A stretch of DNA of 63,564 nucleotides, counting the filler, from Octopus bimaculoides (taxonomy: Eukaryota): the NCBI RefSeq assembly GCF_001194135.2. It is 8 parts of 8 records of this genome, joined end to end, with 100 filler letters (N's around TTAATTAATTAA, not from the genome) between each part and the next. Parts side by side here need not be neighbours in the genome. Positions count along the whole stretch, not along the records: positions 1 to 29,071 come from NC_069002.1; 7 more parts are not named here. The stretch is one strand, 5' to 3'. Positions 1-14,151 of this stretch are shown here, piece after piece. The notes under the pieces were generated by a model. It ran no database searches, had not been told where the DNA came from, and saw only the letters and a program-made list of their open reading frames with translations. Numbering within the stretch: the stretch's first letter is position 1; each line of letters starts with the position of its first letter. The translations under genes and the position numbers were made by a program.

Positions 1-10
1 ATATAGTCTT

Positions 11-355
11 TTTACTCTTTTACTTGTTTCAGTCATTTGACTGCGGTCATGCCGGAGCACCGCCTTTAGTTGAGCAAATCGGCCCTAGGACTTATTCTTT
101 GTAAGCCTAGTACTTATTCTATCGGTCTCATTTGCCGAACCGCTAAGTTACAGGGACATAAACACGCCAGCATCGGTTGTCAAGCAATGTTGGGGGGACA
201 AACACAGACACACAAACACACACACATACATATATAAAAGAGACCGATAGAATTAGTACTAGGCTTCTAAAGAATAAGTCCTGGGGTTGATTTACTCGAC
301 TAAAGGCGGTGCTCCAGCATGGCCACAGTCAAATGACTGAAACAAGTAAAAGAGT
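11..355. mobile_element. Two SINE-A 3' halves in opposite orientation (11-235 minus; 237-355 plus)
   Basis: tactcttttacttgtttcagtcatttgactgcgg... at the start, and its reverse complement ...gcagtcaaatgactgaaacaagtaaaagagta-like sequence at 237-355. Confidence 0.85.
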
Positions 356-1088
356 AATAACAACAGTTTGGACCCTATCTTTTGATCATAGATCTACTGC
401 AGCATTTCAGAGAGGAAAACTTATGAAGATATGAAATGAGGGCAGAGAAAATTAGAGTATTTCATGAAATTAAGGTTTTAAACTTTTTTTCAAAACTTGT
501 CATCCGACATAAGCAAAGCAAGAAGTATTATAAAGGAGGTTCTCGTCAATAACGAAGGGAACAAAAAAATTTGATAATTACTGAGGGGGCGGACGGTGGG
601 GAGCAGTGCTGATATTAGTCAGTTTGAGAACTGCTGGTTTATTGGGGTCAGTGTGACACACGGGGCTAAATAACAAATGGTAACATCAACATTACTCTCG
701 TTTTTGGTCGAATCACGTCAATAGAGTCTTTTTTTACTTGTCTGTTGACTGCGGCCATGCTACAACACTGCCTTGAAAGGTTCTTTTAGTCAAACAAATC
801 AACACCAGTACTTTGTTTTTTTTCTTTAAAGTGTGGTACTTATTCTATCAGTCTTTTGCGAAACAGCTAAGTTACACAGATGTAAACAATCATCAGCTGT
901 CAAGCAATGTGGGGGAGGGGCACAAACACACACACACAATATACGTATATATATATANNNNNNNNNNNNNNNNNNNNNNNNNNNNNNNNNNNNNNNNNNN
1001 NNNNNNNNNNNNNNNNNNNNNNNNNNNNNNNNNNNNNNNNNNNNNNNNNNNNNNNNNNNNNNNNNNNNNNNNNNNNNNNNNNNATATT

Positions 1089-1447
1089 TATTAATCAATG
1101 AAATTTCAGTCTGATTTTCATGTTTTATTATTTACAATTTTACAATATAATTTTAGAATATTGCATATTTATTGTGATAAAACTAGTACTTTCATACATT
1201 ACACGATCATCAGGTTTATGTTGTAGTAGTAGTAGTAGTAGTAGTGATGGTAGTAGTGACAGTCATGTTCCACAACTGTCAACTGTGGAACACGATAGTC
1301 ACTACATAAACTTGATGATTGCATAACACATGAAAATACCAGTTTTATCACAAATATATAATATTCTATTATTATTATTATATATTTGTAAAATTGTAAA
1401 TAATAAAATGTGAAAATCAGACTATGTTGGAATTTCATTGATTAATA
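1089..1447. repeat. Foldback inverted repeat (~170-185-bp arms, 9-nt loop at 1275-1283)
   Basis: The left arm tattaatcaatgaaatt...gtcatgttccaca aligns along its length to the reverse complement of the right arm tgtggaacacgatagtc...aatttcattgattaata. The opposite-strand ORFs 1120-1326 and 1199-1438 are near-identical in translation. Confidence 0.9.
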
Positions 1448-1469
1448 ATATTCTTTCATACACAATCAT

Positions 1470-1516
<47 letters not shown>

Positions 1517-1664
1517 TTCTATTAGAAAATAAAATTGGAAATAGTTCAAAAACATCATACATGTGTGGAGAGATTGGCAGAATCATTAGCATGTTAGACA
1601 AATGTGTTGTGGTATTTTATCCAACTCTTTATATTAGGACACCCGAGTCAGCTTTGCTTTCATC

Positions 1665-2165
1665 TGTCATCATCAACAACAACCCCTGGTCATTGACCTT
1701 TATGGCTCATATGAGTAACCAACATAACAACATTCCTTCTGATTGGGAAGCCAGTCTGTTGCAGGGTTACTCATTTACAGCTGAATGGGCGGGAGCCATG
1801 TGAAATGAAGTATTTTGCTCAAGAACACAATGTATTGTTTTACTGGCAGCATGTGGCTTAATGGTTAGGTTGTGGACTCATGATCATAAGATTGTGATTT
1901 TAGTTCCTGGACCAAGCAATGCCAGTCCTTCCTGAGTCATAGAGACTCATAGGGTTGGTTTCCTGGTTTCTCTGACATATATATTCCCCCCTGGATGAGA
2001 CGCTGGGCCATTGCAGGATTACTCATTTTTGCCAGTTGAGTGGACTGGAGTAATGTGAAAGGAAGTCTTTCGTTCAAGAATGCAACACACAGTCCGGTCC
2101 AGGAATTGAAACCATGATATTGCAATCATGAGTACAATAGCCTAACCACTGGACCACATGCTTTC
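1665..2165. mobile_element. Cluster of old CORE-like SINE fragments (family D)
   Basis: Shared motif tgtgaaatgaagt..tttgctcaagaacacaa (or its reverse complement). Also seen at ~6300-6800, 18330-18550, 20640-20930 and 33010-33130. Confidence 0.65.
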
Positions 2166-2464
2166 CCCTTCCATTCATACAGTAAAATGAAGTACCAGTC
2201 AAGTACTGGTGTCAGTCTGACTGCTGATTTGTGCCAACATGTCATGGTCAGGCACAAGCTCAAAGTACAATAGAGCTTGCAGATGGGCAGTGGGGGGGGG
2301 GGTATCTAGCAACAAATTAAGTGAACCAGGAGTTTAAGGACAATGCTGTGTATTATTTGTCACATCCTATATGAAGTCCTATAAATTCATTTATACTTTC
2401 TTCCTCTCTCTCTCTCTCAACAAATGCTATTAAATGAGATAAAACCAAAGAAAAACAATGTGTT

Positions 2465-2501
<37 letters not shown>

Positions 2502-3360
2502 ACATATACAAAAAATGTACAATGTCACAGATTTTAAATATATATATATATATATCTGTGATATGACAGTTTTATGTATTCAAACGTGAGTGTGTGTGCG
2601 CACGCACACATGCACATAATCAAATATACAAAAACATGAGCCCACTCACACACAAGGCCCATAATAGATATTAAACACACAAATATCCACATATACATAA
2701 ACAAACACACACACACATAAGTTTATACATACACACAAATGTTAGAGCAGGTGTTTTCTATGGTTGGATGATCACCTACAACAGCACCACTCAACTATGA
2801 CAGACAAATACTAAGTGATTAGTTGGGTTTCCAAGATCAGTAGACTGATGTACCAATATGGCCAACAGACTATTGAAGTAACACAATGCCTGTAACACAA
2901 TTTGAACCTATTGCCAAAGGTCCTGAATTGAAGAAAACAAATTGACAAATTTTTTTTTTTATGTTTAAAGTATGGGTGGAGAAAGAGAGCAAAAGGAAAA
3001 GAAAGTAATTGTGAAATGGTTATATAAGAATATCTTGGAAACCAACTGATTTCGAAAGCATCACGAAAGGTTTCTGTCATCATTTGGTCAGTGAAAAGCT
3101 TTGAAAATTATAAAGTCCCAGGCAAAGATCATACAATTTTGGAAATATTAAAGCAAGGTGAACTACACCTCCTCATAGTACCTATCTACACAAGGTGGAC
3201 TGCACTACTAATTTTTACTAAGCCCCTTAGATTTCTTACTACAAATTATTTTATATTTTATTACATTCAAATATTTAACACTAATTAATCAATTACAATC
3301 TTATCCATGAGACTTCGATACAATTTACTAAGTAAAAATCAATTTTTATATAATATATAG

Positions 3361-3853
3361 AGACACAGGCGTGAGTGAGTGGTAAGAAGCTTGCTTCCCA
3401 AACACATGGTTCCAGGTTCAGTCCCAATGCATGGCACATTGGGCAGGTGTCTTCTTCTATAGCCTCAGGTCAACAAAAGCCTTGTGAGTGGATTTGGTAG
3501 ATGGAAACTGAAATAAGCCCGTCATATATATATATGGCATGTGAAAAGACATTCAAGCGAGATCGTTGCCAGTGCCGCTGGACTGGCTCCTGTGCAGGTG
3601 GCACATAAAATACACCATTTTGAACGTAGCCATTGCCAGTACCCACCAGACTGGCCCACGTGCCGGTGGCACGTAAAAGCACCCACTACACTCTCGGAGT
3701 GGTTGGCATTAGGAAGGGTATCCAGCTGTAGAAACTCTGCCAAATCAGATTGGAGCCTGTTGTCGCCTCCAGGTCCACCAGTCCTCAGTCAAATCATTCA
3801 ACCCATGCTAGCATGGAAAGCGGACGTTAAACGACAATGATAATGATGATGAT
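3361..3853 (+). mobile_element. tRNA-derived SINE, family B, full length
   Basis: Same head and core as family A up to the (TA)n, then a different 3' part ending catggaaagcggacgttaaac(gat)n. Confidence 0.9.
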
Positions 3854-4254
3854 ACACACACACACACACACACAAGACTTACGCGATGGAGTAGATAAGA
3901 TTCAGGCTACATATGTTTCATAGCGAGCAGAACCTCAGAAGTGGTAAATATCCAAGTGATCTACGTACTGCAAGCCACTCTTCAGGCCAAAGATATCTTG
4001 ATTAAATGAAAGTTTACATTGTCACAAGGGGATACATATCAACATGTGGAAGATTCAATACATGTATATGTGTGTCTTTGTGTCTGTGTTTGTNNNNNNN
4101 NNNAAAACAGACTGAAAGAATAAGTACAAGTTTTAAAAATGAAGTCCTGGGATCAATTTGTTTGCCTTGACTGGTCTTTTTTGTTTTTTTTTTAGTCAGT
4201 GCTCCAGCATGGCTGCAGTCAAATGACAAACAAGTAAAAGAATAAAAGAATACT

Positions 4255-4435
4255 ACGTAAAAGCACCCACTATACTCTCTGAGTGGTTGGCGTTAGGAAG
4301 GGCCTCCAGCTGTAGAAACTCTGCCAAATCAGATTGGAGCCTGGTGAAGCCATCTGGTTTCACCAGTCCTCAGTCAAATCATCCAACCCATGCTAGCATG
4401 GAAAGCGGACGTTAAACGATGATGATGATGATGAT
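4255..4435 (+). mobile_element. SINE family B 3' part
   Basis: aaaagcacccacta...ggaaagcggacgttaaac(gat)n. Confidence 0.9.
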
Positions 4436-4988
4436 ACAATAACATTAACAAACAAAAAAAAAAGCTCTCCCTGCACCTCTTTTTTTCATGTCAAAACTAT
4501 CATTTTTTTCTTTCCCCACTATTTTCATCTCCCTTTTGTAAAGAATCCAAACTTTATCGGTGCAACTTGGTTGCACCAGGTGCACAATAACCCCTCATTG
4601 TACCTATCTGCACTAAAATGTTTGTATGTCCTTTCTATATCTATTTACACCAGGTGAACTCTATCTCACAGAAAGTCCCTACAGTAGCTGGCTATACTAC
4701 CTCACAGTACCATCACTACCAGATGAACTGTATACCTTACTGATCCATACCTCACAATAGATGGTACCTCACAGCACCTAGTTACAGATATATTTCCTCT
4801 TCAGTTTATCTGGTCTGCAGCTAGGTGAAGTGAGTGCAGTCGCAAACCCTCCATGGTTCCTATTTACAACTAGGTGGAGTGGGCTATTAAAAGACATTTT
4901 TTTTGGCACAGAGTCAGCAGTTGGTGACAGAATATAAATTATTTTACAAGGTAGTTTAGAGATAAACTACCTTGTAAAATATAGAACA

Positions 4989-5600
<612 letters not shown>

Positions 5601-5676
5601 ATCAAAGTGAGATGAATTATGAGGTGCAAGTGAGAGCGTTGATCACTTTGAGGAGGAGAAAAATCTGGCAACTTAC

Positions 5677-5901
5677 CTATACAAACATCGATTTTCCCTT
5701 TGATAGCTGCCTCATGTAGGGGAGTGTAATTCCAGTTATCACGAGCATTGGCATCTGCCTGTTGGCGCAGTAGGAGCTTCACTACTTCCGCATGACCAAA
5801 GGAGCAGGCATTATGCAATGGAATCAGACCACCTTCATCACGCGCATGGACATTTGAATTGAATTCGAGAAGGTATTCCACAACATCTTTGCGACCAAAC
5901 C
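5677..5901 (-). CDS. TNKS: Tankyrase, coding exon 2 (225 bp, phase 1-1)
   Basis: Acceptor ...actctttAG at 5903-5902 with a T-rich tract, and donor GTAAGT at 5676. Encodes (G)[74 protein letters not shown], a near-textbook tankyrase ARC1. Joins exon 1 in frame (G+GG). No exon 3 was recognised in 1-5676. Confidence 0.96.
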
Positions 5902-6001
5902 CTAAAGAGTAGAAAAAGAAAAAAAAAAATTTTTTTTTTTTTAAAAACCAGGTAAGTCTTCAATTAATGACATCGAATAACTAATTAAATGTCTGAAAAG
6001 A

Positions 6002-6235
6002 ATCATCATCGTTTAACGTCCGCTTTCCATGCTAGCATGGGTTGGACGATCTGACTGAGGACTGGTGAGAACAGGTGGCTACACCAGGCTCCAATCTGAT
6101 TTGGCAGAGTTTCTACAGCTGGATGCCCTTCCTAACGCCAACCACTCCGAGAGTGTAGTGGGTGCTTTTAAGTGCCACTGGCACGAAGGCCAGTCAGGCG
6201 GTACTGGCAATAGCCACGCTCGAAATGGTGTATTT
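6002..6235 (-). mobile_element. SINE family B 3' part
   Basis: (atc)n gtttaacgtccgctttccatg..., the reverse complement of 4255-4435. Other B-like copies lie at 15262-15408, ~19275-19490, 28525-28888, 31690-31852 and 34735-34960. Confidence 0.9.
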
Positions 6236-6922
6236 GAAAAGAATAGTTAATAATAAGATTTATAATTCTTAGGACTGTTAAACTCATCTTTAGTAAAAGG
6301 TGTGGCTCAGAGCTGAGGGTGTTGCACTCATGATTGTAAGATTGTAGTTTTGATTCTTGGATCAGGTGATGAACCGGGTTCCTGAGCAAAACATGTTGTT
6401 CCACACCACTACACTGTAGATAAGTAAGCCTGCAATGGACTGGGGTCCCATCCAGGGAAAATGCTGTGATTTCAATCGATTATATGCCATGGAAACTGGG
6501 TAAACTAACCTTGAGAGTCTATGTCTCAAGAGAAAAAAATATAGCTTTGTTCAATGCCAAGGTGCATAACCTAGTGATTAGGGTACCACATGCATGATTA
6601 CAAGATAGTGGTTTCAATTTCTAGACTAGGCAGGGCATCATGTTCTTGAGCAAATCACTTCATTTCACATTGCTCCAGTCCACTCAGCTGTAAAAGAATA
6701 ACCCTGCAGTGGCCTGGCATCTCATTCAAGAGAAGCATTGTGATCCGAGTCCCTTATACATCATGGAAACCGTGTCACTGGTCCCATCATTCCTAGGACT
6801 CAAGAGAGTAATGTCCAGGAGGAAGAGGAGGACGATGACAACCTCACTTTTAGATCATAAGAGATGCTGTTGTCATTAGCTTAGAAATTCCTAGTCAGTA
6901 ATAAGATACCTGATTGATGATC

Positions 6923-7490
6923 GTGGAGGTGCAATGGCCCAGTGGTTAGGGCAGCGGTAATAGGATCGCGGTTTCGATTCCCAGACCGGGTGTTGTGAGT
7001 GTTTATTGAGTGAAAACACCTAAAGCTCCACGAGGCTCTGGCAGGGGATGGTGGCGAACCCTGCTGTACTCTTCTACCACAATTTACTCTTACTTCCTGT
7101 TTCTGTTGTGCCTGTAATTCAAAGGGTCAGCCTTGTCACACTGAATATCCCCGAGAACTACGTTAAGGGTACACGTGTCTGTGGAGTGCTCAGCCACTTG
7201 CACGTTAATTTCACAAGNNNNNNNNNNCTCCACGAGGCTCTGGCAGGGGATGGTGGCGAACCCTGCTGTACTCTTCTACCACAATTTACTCTTACTTCCT
7301 GTTTCTGTTGTGCCTGTAATTCAAAGGGTCAGCCTTGTCACACTGAATATCCCCGAGAACTACGTTAAGGGTACACGTGTCTGTGGAGTGCTCAGCCACT
7401 TGCACGTTAATTTCACAAGCAGGCTGTTCCGTTGATCGGATCAACTGGAACCCTCGACGTCGTAAGCGACGGAGTGCCAACAACAACAAC
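6923..7490 (+). mobile_element. tRNA-derived SINE, family C (contains a 192-bp assembly duplication across the gap at 7218-7227)
   Basis: Head TGGCCCAGTGGTTAGG...GGTTTCGATTCCC and tail gacggagtgccaa(caa)n. Confidence 0.88.
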
Positions 7491-8182
7491 ACGTAGAGTG
7501 CAGGCCCCTCAAAGCTCCAGGCCCTCAGGCAGTGTCCAATGACCGACAGCTCAGTCGGCTCCGGGTAGAAGTTATTGACAGAATCAAAAACGATAACTGA
7601 ATTTTCTAGCTACATGTTATTTCTTCAGAGATAAAAAAAAAACTGTATCTATGTATATACGATCATTTTTTTTTTTTTGTTGCTTGAATGTTGGTATAAA
7701 GTGAAAACGAAAAAAAATAACTCAGTAGTAGCCATGACAGTTTCAGGTTTTATGCGACCTTTTATGCATAGAGACACAGGCAGTTAGAGAGCAAGAAAGA
7801 GAGAGTCTTAGACGCATGGGTACAAACACACACACACACACAGAAGGAAGATACAGAATATTAGGATAGGGAAAGAGTGAATGAACAGAGAGGTTGATAG
7901 CATAAGCAATTACTGTTTGACAAAAGAAAACAAAACTGAAGTTACATCAGACTGGGTGGGGGTGGGTGATGATAGGGCTCATTATTACAATGAAACTAAA
8001 AATAGGTTGGAACTTGGTATGTGAAAAATGAATAGGTAAGGTCTAGCGACATGTGTGTGTGTGTATGTGTGTGTGTGTGTGTATGTGTGTGTGCGGCTGC
8101 ATGCATTTGCGCTTCTGCGTCCATGCCTCTGTGTGTGTGTGCCGTGTGTGTGTGTGTGTGTGTGTGCCATGTCTGTGTGTGT

Positions 8183-8412
8183 GTGCTGTGTCTCTACGTG
8201 TGTGCCATGCCTCTACGTATGTGCCGTGTCTCTACGTGTGTCGTGCCTCTACGTGTGTGCCGTGTCTCTACGTGTGTGCCGTGTCTCTACGTGTGTGCCG
8301 TGTCTCTACGTGTGTGCCGTGTCTCTACGTGTGTGCCGTGTCTCTACGTGTGTGCCGTGTCTCTACGTGTGTGCCATGTCTCTACGTGTGTGCCATGTCT
8401 CTACGTGTGTGC
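8183..8412. repeat. 19-bp minisatellite derived from (GT)n
   Basis: Unit gtgtgtgccgtgtctctac, roughly 11 copies. Confidence 0.88.
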
Positions 8413-8869
8413 ACGTGTCCGTCAGTCTGTGTGACTGTGTGCATGTGTGACTGTATGTGACTGTGTGCATGCGTATATGTGTGACTGTGTGCATGTGTGA
8501 CTGTGCATGTGTGTGCCTGTGTGACTGTGCGCATGTGTGTGAGACTGCGCATGTGTGTGATTGCGTTTGTGAGTGCAGATGCATGTGTATTGCATGCATT
8601 TGTCTATGTGAATGAGTGTTTGTGAATGTATGTGTGTGTCATTCTAAGTACATCCTTGAGTATCTAAGCATGTGCATGTTTTTCTCTCTTCCATGTTTGT
8701 GTAGTACATGCACACAAGCTACAGCAATCAAACACACACACACGCAATCGTAGCAAAATGTTTTAGTAAATTATTGGTTAAAAAAAGCCGGCTATCAAAT
8801 GGGTGATGATTTGTTGCAGAGCATTCGCTCACTATGAGTACAAAAGGTTAAAAGGTCAGTGCAAATATT

Positions 8870-9254
8870 ACTCTTTTACTTGTTTCAGTCATTTGACTGC
8901 GGCCATGCTGGAGCACCGCCTTTAGTCGAGCAAATCAACCCCGGTACTTATTTTTTGGAAGCCTAGTACTTATTCTATCAGTCTCCTTTGCTGAACCGCT
9001 AAGTTACGGGGACGTAAACACACCAGCATCGGTTGTCAAGCAATGCTGAGGGGACAAACACAGACACACAAACACATACACACACACACACATATATATA
9101 TATACGACGGGCTTCTTTCAGTTTCCGTCTACCAAATCCACTCACAAGGCTTTGGTCGGCCCTAGGTTATCATAGAAGACACTTGCCCAAGGTGCCACGC
9201 AGTGGGACTGAACCCAGAACCATGTGGTTGGTAAGCAAGCTACTTACCACACAG
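8870..9254 (-). mobile_element. SINE family A, near full length
   Basis: Same sequence as 12868-13274, lacking the first few head bases. Confidence 0.9.
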
Positions 9255-11754
9255 TGTATGCAATTGTTGGAACTTTGACCCAGATGACATTCATCATCAT
9301 CATCATCATCATCATTTAATGTCCATTTTCCATGCTGGAATGGGTTGAATGGTTCGACAGGAGCAGGCATGCTAAAGTGCCGCACCAGGCTGCAATGCTG
9401 GATGACCTTCCTAACACCAGCATGGATGTTTTTATGTGACACCAAAATAAAAAAAAATATGAAAATACTAGCTGGCCCCATGCCATCAAAATTGATGGCT
9501 AATTGTAGTATTTTGGAGGCGCAATGGCCCAGTGGTTAGGGCAGCGGACTCACGGTCAGAGGGTCGCGGTTTCGATTCCCAGACCGGGCATAGTGTGTGT
9601 TTATTGATCTGAACACCTTAACCATACCTGCCTATCTGCACTTTTATATTCACACACACACACACACTTTCCATTCTTATTATTTATATTTCCATTTCTC
9701 ATATCATAACAGTTTGTGCTTTCCATCAAATATATTTCTCTCACACTCACTCACACACACAGCCTTCCCTCCCTTTCACTACCCCTTCCTACCTCCTTCT
9801 CTATCCCACTCCCTTTCATGTAACCTGCTGCTGCTAATACCATCCCTTCTTTTTCCTTTCTTCTCCAATTGACCAAAACACACTTGAAATCCCCACCACC
9901 ACCCCAACCACCACCACCACTATTATCATATGTGGCCGAAATTCTATTTCTGTATTTCCTCTCCACTAGGGTCTCAAGTCAATGAAAGACTCCTTTATCA
10001 TTAAGTCCTGTCTTTCTCTTTATCCACCACCACCACTATCTTTTGTCTTACATCACTCTTTCCTGTTTGTAGTCTTGAGATAGCATCTTATTGTCGTCTT
10101 CTACACCACCACCACTCATTATTTGCAACAGGAGCAGTATTAGATTAAAATAGACATTTAATGTATCAGACTTTATGCATATACTAAGCTGAAAGGCAAA
10201 TTTACTGCAGTATTTGTCCAGAGATAACATCTATGAATATGTGTGGGGGTGGGCAGATGAGGAATTTTTACTGCATTTTTGAGTGAAACAATATATTTTT
10301 TTTTACCATGGGCATCTTCTACAATAGCCTTGGGCTGATCAAAGCCTTGTGAGTGGATTTGGTAGACGGAAACTGAAAGAAGCTCATCATGTGTGTGTGT
10401 GTTTGTGAGTGTGTTTGTGTGTTCCACTGCCGCTTGACAACCAGTGTTTGTGGGTTTACGTCCCCATAACTTGGCAGTTCAGCAAAAGATAATGATAGAA
10501 TAAGTACTGCGCTTAAAAAATATTTGTTCAACTAGAACCCTTCAAGGTGGTGCTCCAGCATGGCCAGTCAAATGACTGAAATAAGTAAAAAGAGTAACTA
10601 ACAGAAACCATATCAGTATTCACATAATCTGATCGCTATTTCAGGAAATTATCACCGTCCTCTTTGAACAAGCATAAAAAAAAAATTAAAAAATTTGGCA
10701 GGGGCCAAAATGAATAAACCAAGATCAGGTAAATTTGTCACTTCAATTCTTCAGAATTACATTTGGAAAAAAAAAGTAAAAAAAAAAAAAAGACTCGTAC
10801 ACATGAATAGTCAATCCTTAGACATCAAAGAGATCAGAAATGACAAAAGAGGCTAACAGATTAAGTACAGAGGTCATCATTCAACCCAAAACTCTTCAAA
10901 AAAGCATGGTTGCAGTCTAACGACTGAAACAAGTAAAAGATAACACACACACACACACACACACACGTTTGCTAAGTACTAATGCTCCCAATGCCCCAAA
11001 CTTCTTGGCCTTGAATCACTCACCGATCTCCTAGGTTACTCTGTGGTTTAAAAATAAATTGGGAATGTTTATCAGAAAGGCTGCATGGATGCCAGAGAAA
11101 CATGTCCTATGTCTCATATGGGATATACAGGACAGCAAAGATGAACTAAGACTGAGGTCTATCCACACTTAGCCCTTTGCCTGTCCAAAACATTTTCATT
11201 AGTTTGTTCTAAATGTCCACGATTGTTTTCAGACTTATGGTTAGGCCTGTTTTGTGTATTCTGAGTAATATAAATCTTGCCCTTTATTAAATCCCAAGTT
11301 ACTACAGTGGTTGAAAAAATATTGAGAAATGGTAATCATACATGATGCTTGGACAACAGGGAAATATGCCCTGTATTTCACAAGTGATACACACAACAAA
11401 CAAAAGGTTAAGAAATATTTCTCAAGCTTTGTTACAAACACTATGTTAATAATCTCAAATTTTGGCATATATCTACTAATTTTTAAAGGGGTAAGTTGAT
11501 TACATCGACCTCAGAGCTCAACTGGTACTTATTTTAGCAACCCCTAAAAGGATGAAAGACAAAGTTGACTTTGGAACTTGAACAGTAAATATTTTAATCA
11601 GTTCAAGTTTTTTGGGTTTTTTTTCTTCTTTTTTTACAAAATCACTTCCAAATTTGATTATCTTTAAAATGAATCAAAACACAACCCGAGTATAGTTGTG
11701 GATTAAGCTTTCGACTTTAGGGGCGGCAGCCCTGAAGCTTCCATTAACTATAAA

Positions 11755-12145
11755 GTTGTTGTTGTTGGCACTCCGTCGCTTACGATATCGAGGGTTCCAG
11801 TTGATCCGATCAACGGAACAACCTGCTCGTGAAATTAACGTGCAAGTGGCTGAGCATTCCACAGACACGTGTACCCTTAACGTAGTTCTCGGGGATATTC
11901 AACGTGACACAGTGTGACAAGGCTGTCCCTTTGAATTACAGGCACAACAGAAACAGGAAGTAAGAGTGAGAGAAAGTTGTGGTGAAAGAGTACAGCAGGG
12001 TTCACCACCATCCCCTGCTGGAGCCTCGTGGAGCTTTTAGGTGTTTTCGCTCAATAAACACTCACAACACCCGGTCTGGGAATCGAAACCGCGATCCTAT
12101 GACAGCGAGTCCGCTGCCCTAACCACTGGGCCATTGCGCCTCCAC
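11755..12145 (-). mobile_element. SINE family C, full length
   Basis: Reverse complement of the 6923 copy. A head-only copy lies at 9514-9620 and a related element at 27633-27948. Confidence 0.9.
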
Positions 12146-12867
12146 AACTACAAAGTATCCAGGCATTAAACAAAATGTTATTGAAAATATCACAGGATTC
12201 CCTCTCAGTACTTGTAGCACAGAGGCCAACAAAATCTTAATACATCTATGGTGACTGCATACTTTATTACAGATCTGGCCAGAAGAAAGGATTAAAGCAG
12301 GCAGAGACAAGCAGTTTTGAGGAGTGGGCCATATGAAACATGGTTCACCATAAGGCAGGCTGCACTACTAAAAAGAAAAAAAAAAAAATCAAGGTAATTT
12401 CAAAGTAAATGTTAATTTCCTTGAGAAATTAAGTATGCCATTGAGAATGTCCCGTGGGACGCAGTTCGCCCAAAACTGGATCACGGTCAGTTTTCCCAAA
12501 CTGGAACATACTGATACATAGCATACTTATATTAGTACTAGCAGCTGCTTTATAAGTGAATCATGCACTACTTACAGGTACTTATGCTGAATTATGTGGT
12601 CTCAAGCTATTGAAAGTTAAGTGTTCTCTTGACAGTATAGGCACAGTGCTGTTAACACAAACTACTAACAATCAACTACCCACTCCTTTACCAAAACCTA
12701 CCATCATCTTTAACATGTATACTGTCACATAACACTCGTGGGTCATTGCAAATTTCACACAACTGCCCTATGCACCACTGGTGGTACATTTTCAGAATTT
12801 GAGAAAATATTTTTTTCCTGTATATCTGACATGGGTCTCAAGGCTATTTTGGTAACAAGTGCTAAAT

Positions 12868-13274
12868 ACTCTTTTACTTGTTTCAGTCATTTGACTGCGG
12901 CCATGCTGGAGCACCGCCTTTAGTTGAATCAAATCGACCCCAGGACTTATTCTTTGTAAGCCTTTGTAAGTACTTTTTCTATCGGTGTCTTTCGCCGAAC
13001 CGCTAAGTTACGGGGACATAAACACACCAGCATCGGTTGTCAAGCGATGTTAGGGGGACAAAAACAGACACACAGACACAGACATACGCATATATATATA
13101 TACATATATACGACGGGCGTCTTTCAGTTTCCATCTACCAAATTCACTCACAAGGCTTTGGTCGGCCCAAGGCTATAGTAGAAGACACTTGCCCAAAGTG
13201 CCACGCAGTGGGACTGAACCCGGAACCATGTGGTTGGTAAGCAAGCTACTTACCACACAGCCACTCCTGCGCCT
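12868..13274 (-). mobile_element. SINE family A, full length
   Basis: Reverse complement of the 26587-26989 copy along its full length. Confidence 0.92.
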
Positions 13275-14151
13275 ATTCAAGTTTAATAATGAAAGATTGT
13301 AAAAATAAAAAAATCTTTTTAAAATTACATTTATTTGTAATTGTTTGTTGTTGNNNNNNNNNNNNNNNNNNNNNNNNNNNNNNNNNNNNNNNNNNNNNNN
13401 NNNNNNNNNNNNNNNNNNNNNNNNNNNNNNNNNNNNNNNNNNNNNNNNNNNNNNNNNNNNNNNNNNNNNNNNNNNNNNNNNNNNNNNNNNNNNNNNNNNN
13501 NNNNNNNNNNNNNNNNNNNNNNNNNNNNNNNNNNNNNNNNNNNNNNNNNNNNNNNNNNNNNNNNNNNNNNNNNNNNNNNNNNNNNNNNNNNNNNNNNNNN
13601 NNNNNNNNNNNNNNNNNNNNNNNNNNNNNNNNNNNNNNNNNNNNNNNNNNNNNNNNNNNNNNNNNNNNNNNNNNNNNNNNNNNNNNNNNNNNNNNNNNNN
13701 NNNNNNNNNNNNNNNNNNNNNNNNNNNNNNNNNNNNTTTTTTTTTTTTTTTTCTTACTCAAAGAAATAAGATGTCACTTAACAACATCAATACTTGACCT
13801 GCTAAGAACAGCAGCCAAATTCCACTTACAACACACCCTGTTGTCTATACAAAAAAAAAAAAAAGGAGGGGTATATTTTGTAATGTAGTCCAAAATACAC
13901 TGGGATGGTCATGATTGGACTGCTAAACAACAAATCAATGAGAGTAAGTACACAGTCACTCAATTTGCCAGAAACAGCAGTCAAACTTTCTTCAAACCAC
14001 ACATTCTTGGATGAAGAAAAATAAAAAAGCATCAGCCAATATAGTCCAAGATAGATTAGATCAGCACAAAGAAATTGCATAACAATAGCCAACAGATAAG
14101 AAGCAGCAATCCATAAAACAAGACCTGCGAATGGAATCTGGTTTTAGACCA

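Noticed and set aside
7026-7419. 192-bp tandem duplication inside SINE-C
   Set aside because: Two identical copies flank a 10-N gap (7218-7227), typical of unmerged overlapping contigs. The same pattern occurs at 59739-59910 and ~50710-50820.
8051-8460. Cys/Val-rich ORFs (metallothionein- or keratin-associated-like)
   Set aside because: Translations of (GT)n and the 19-bp minisatellite, open in all three frames.
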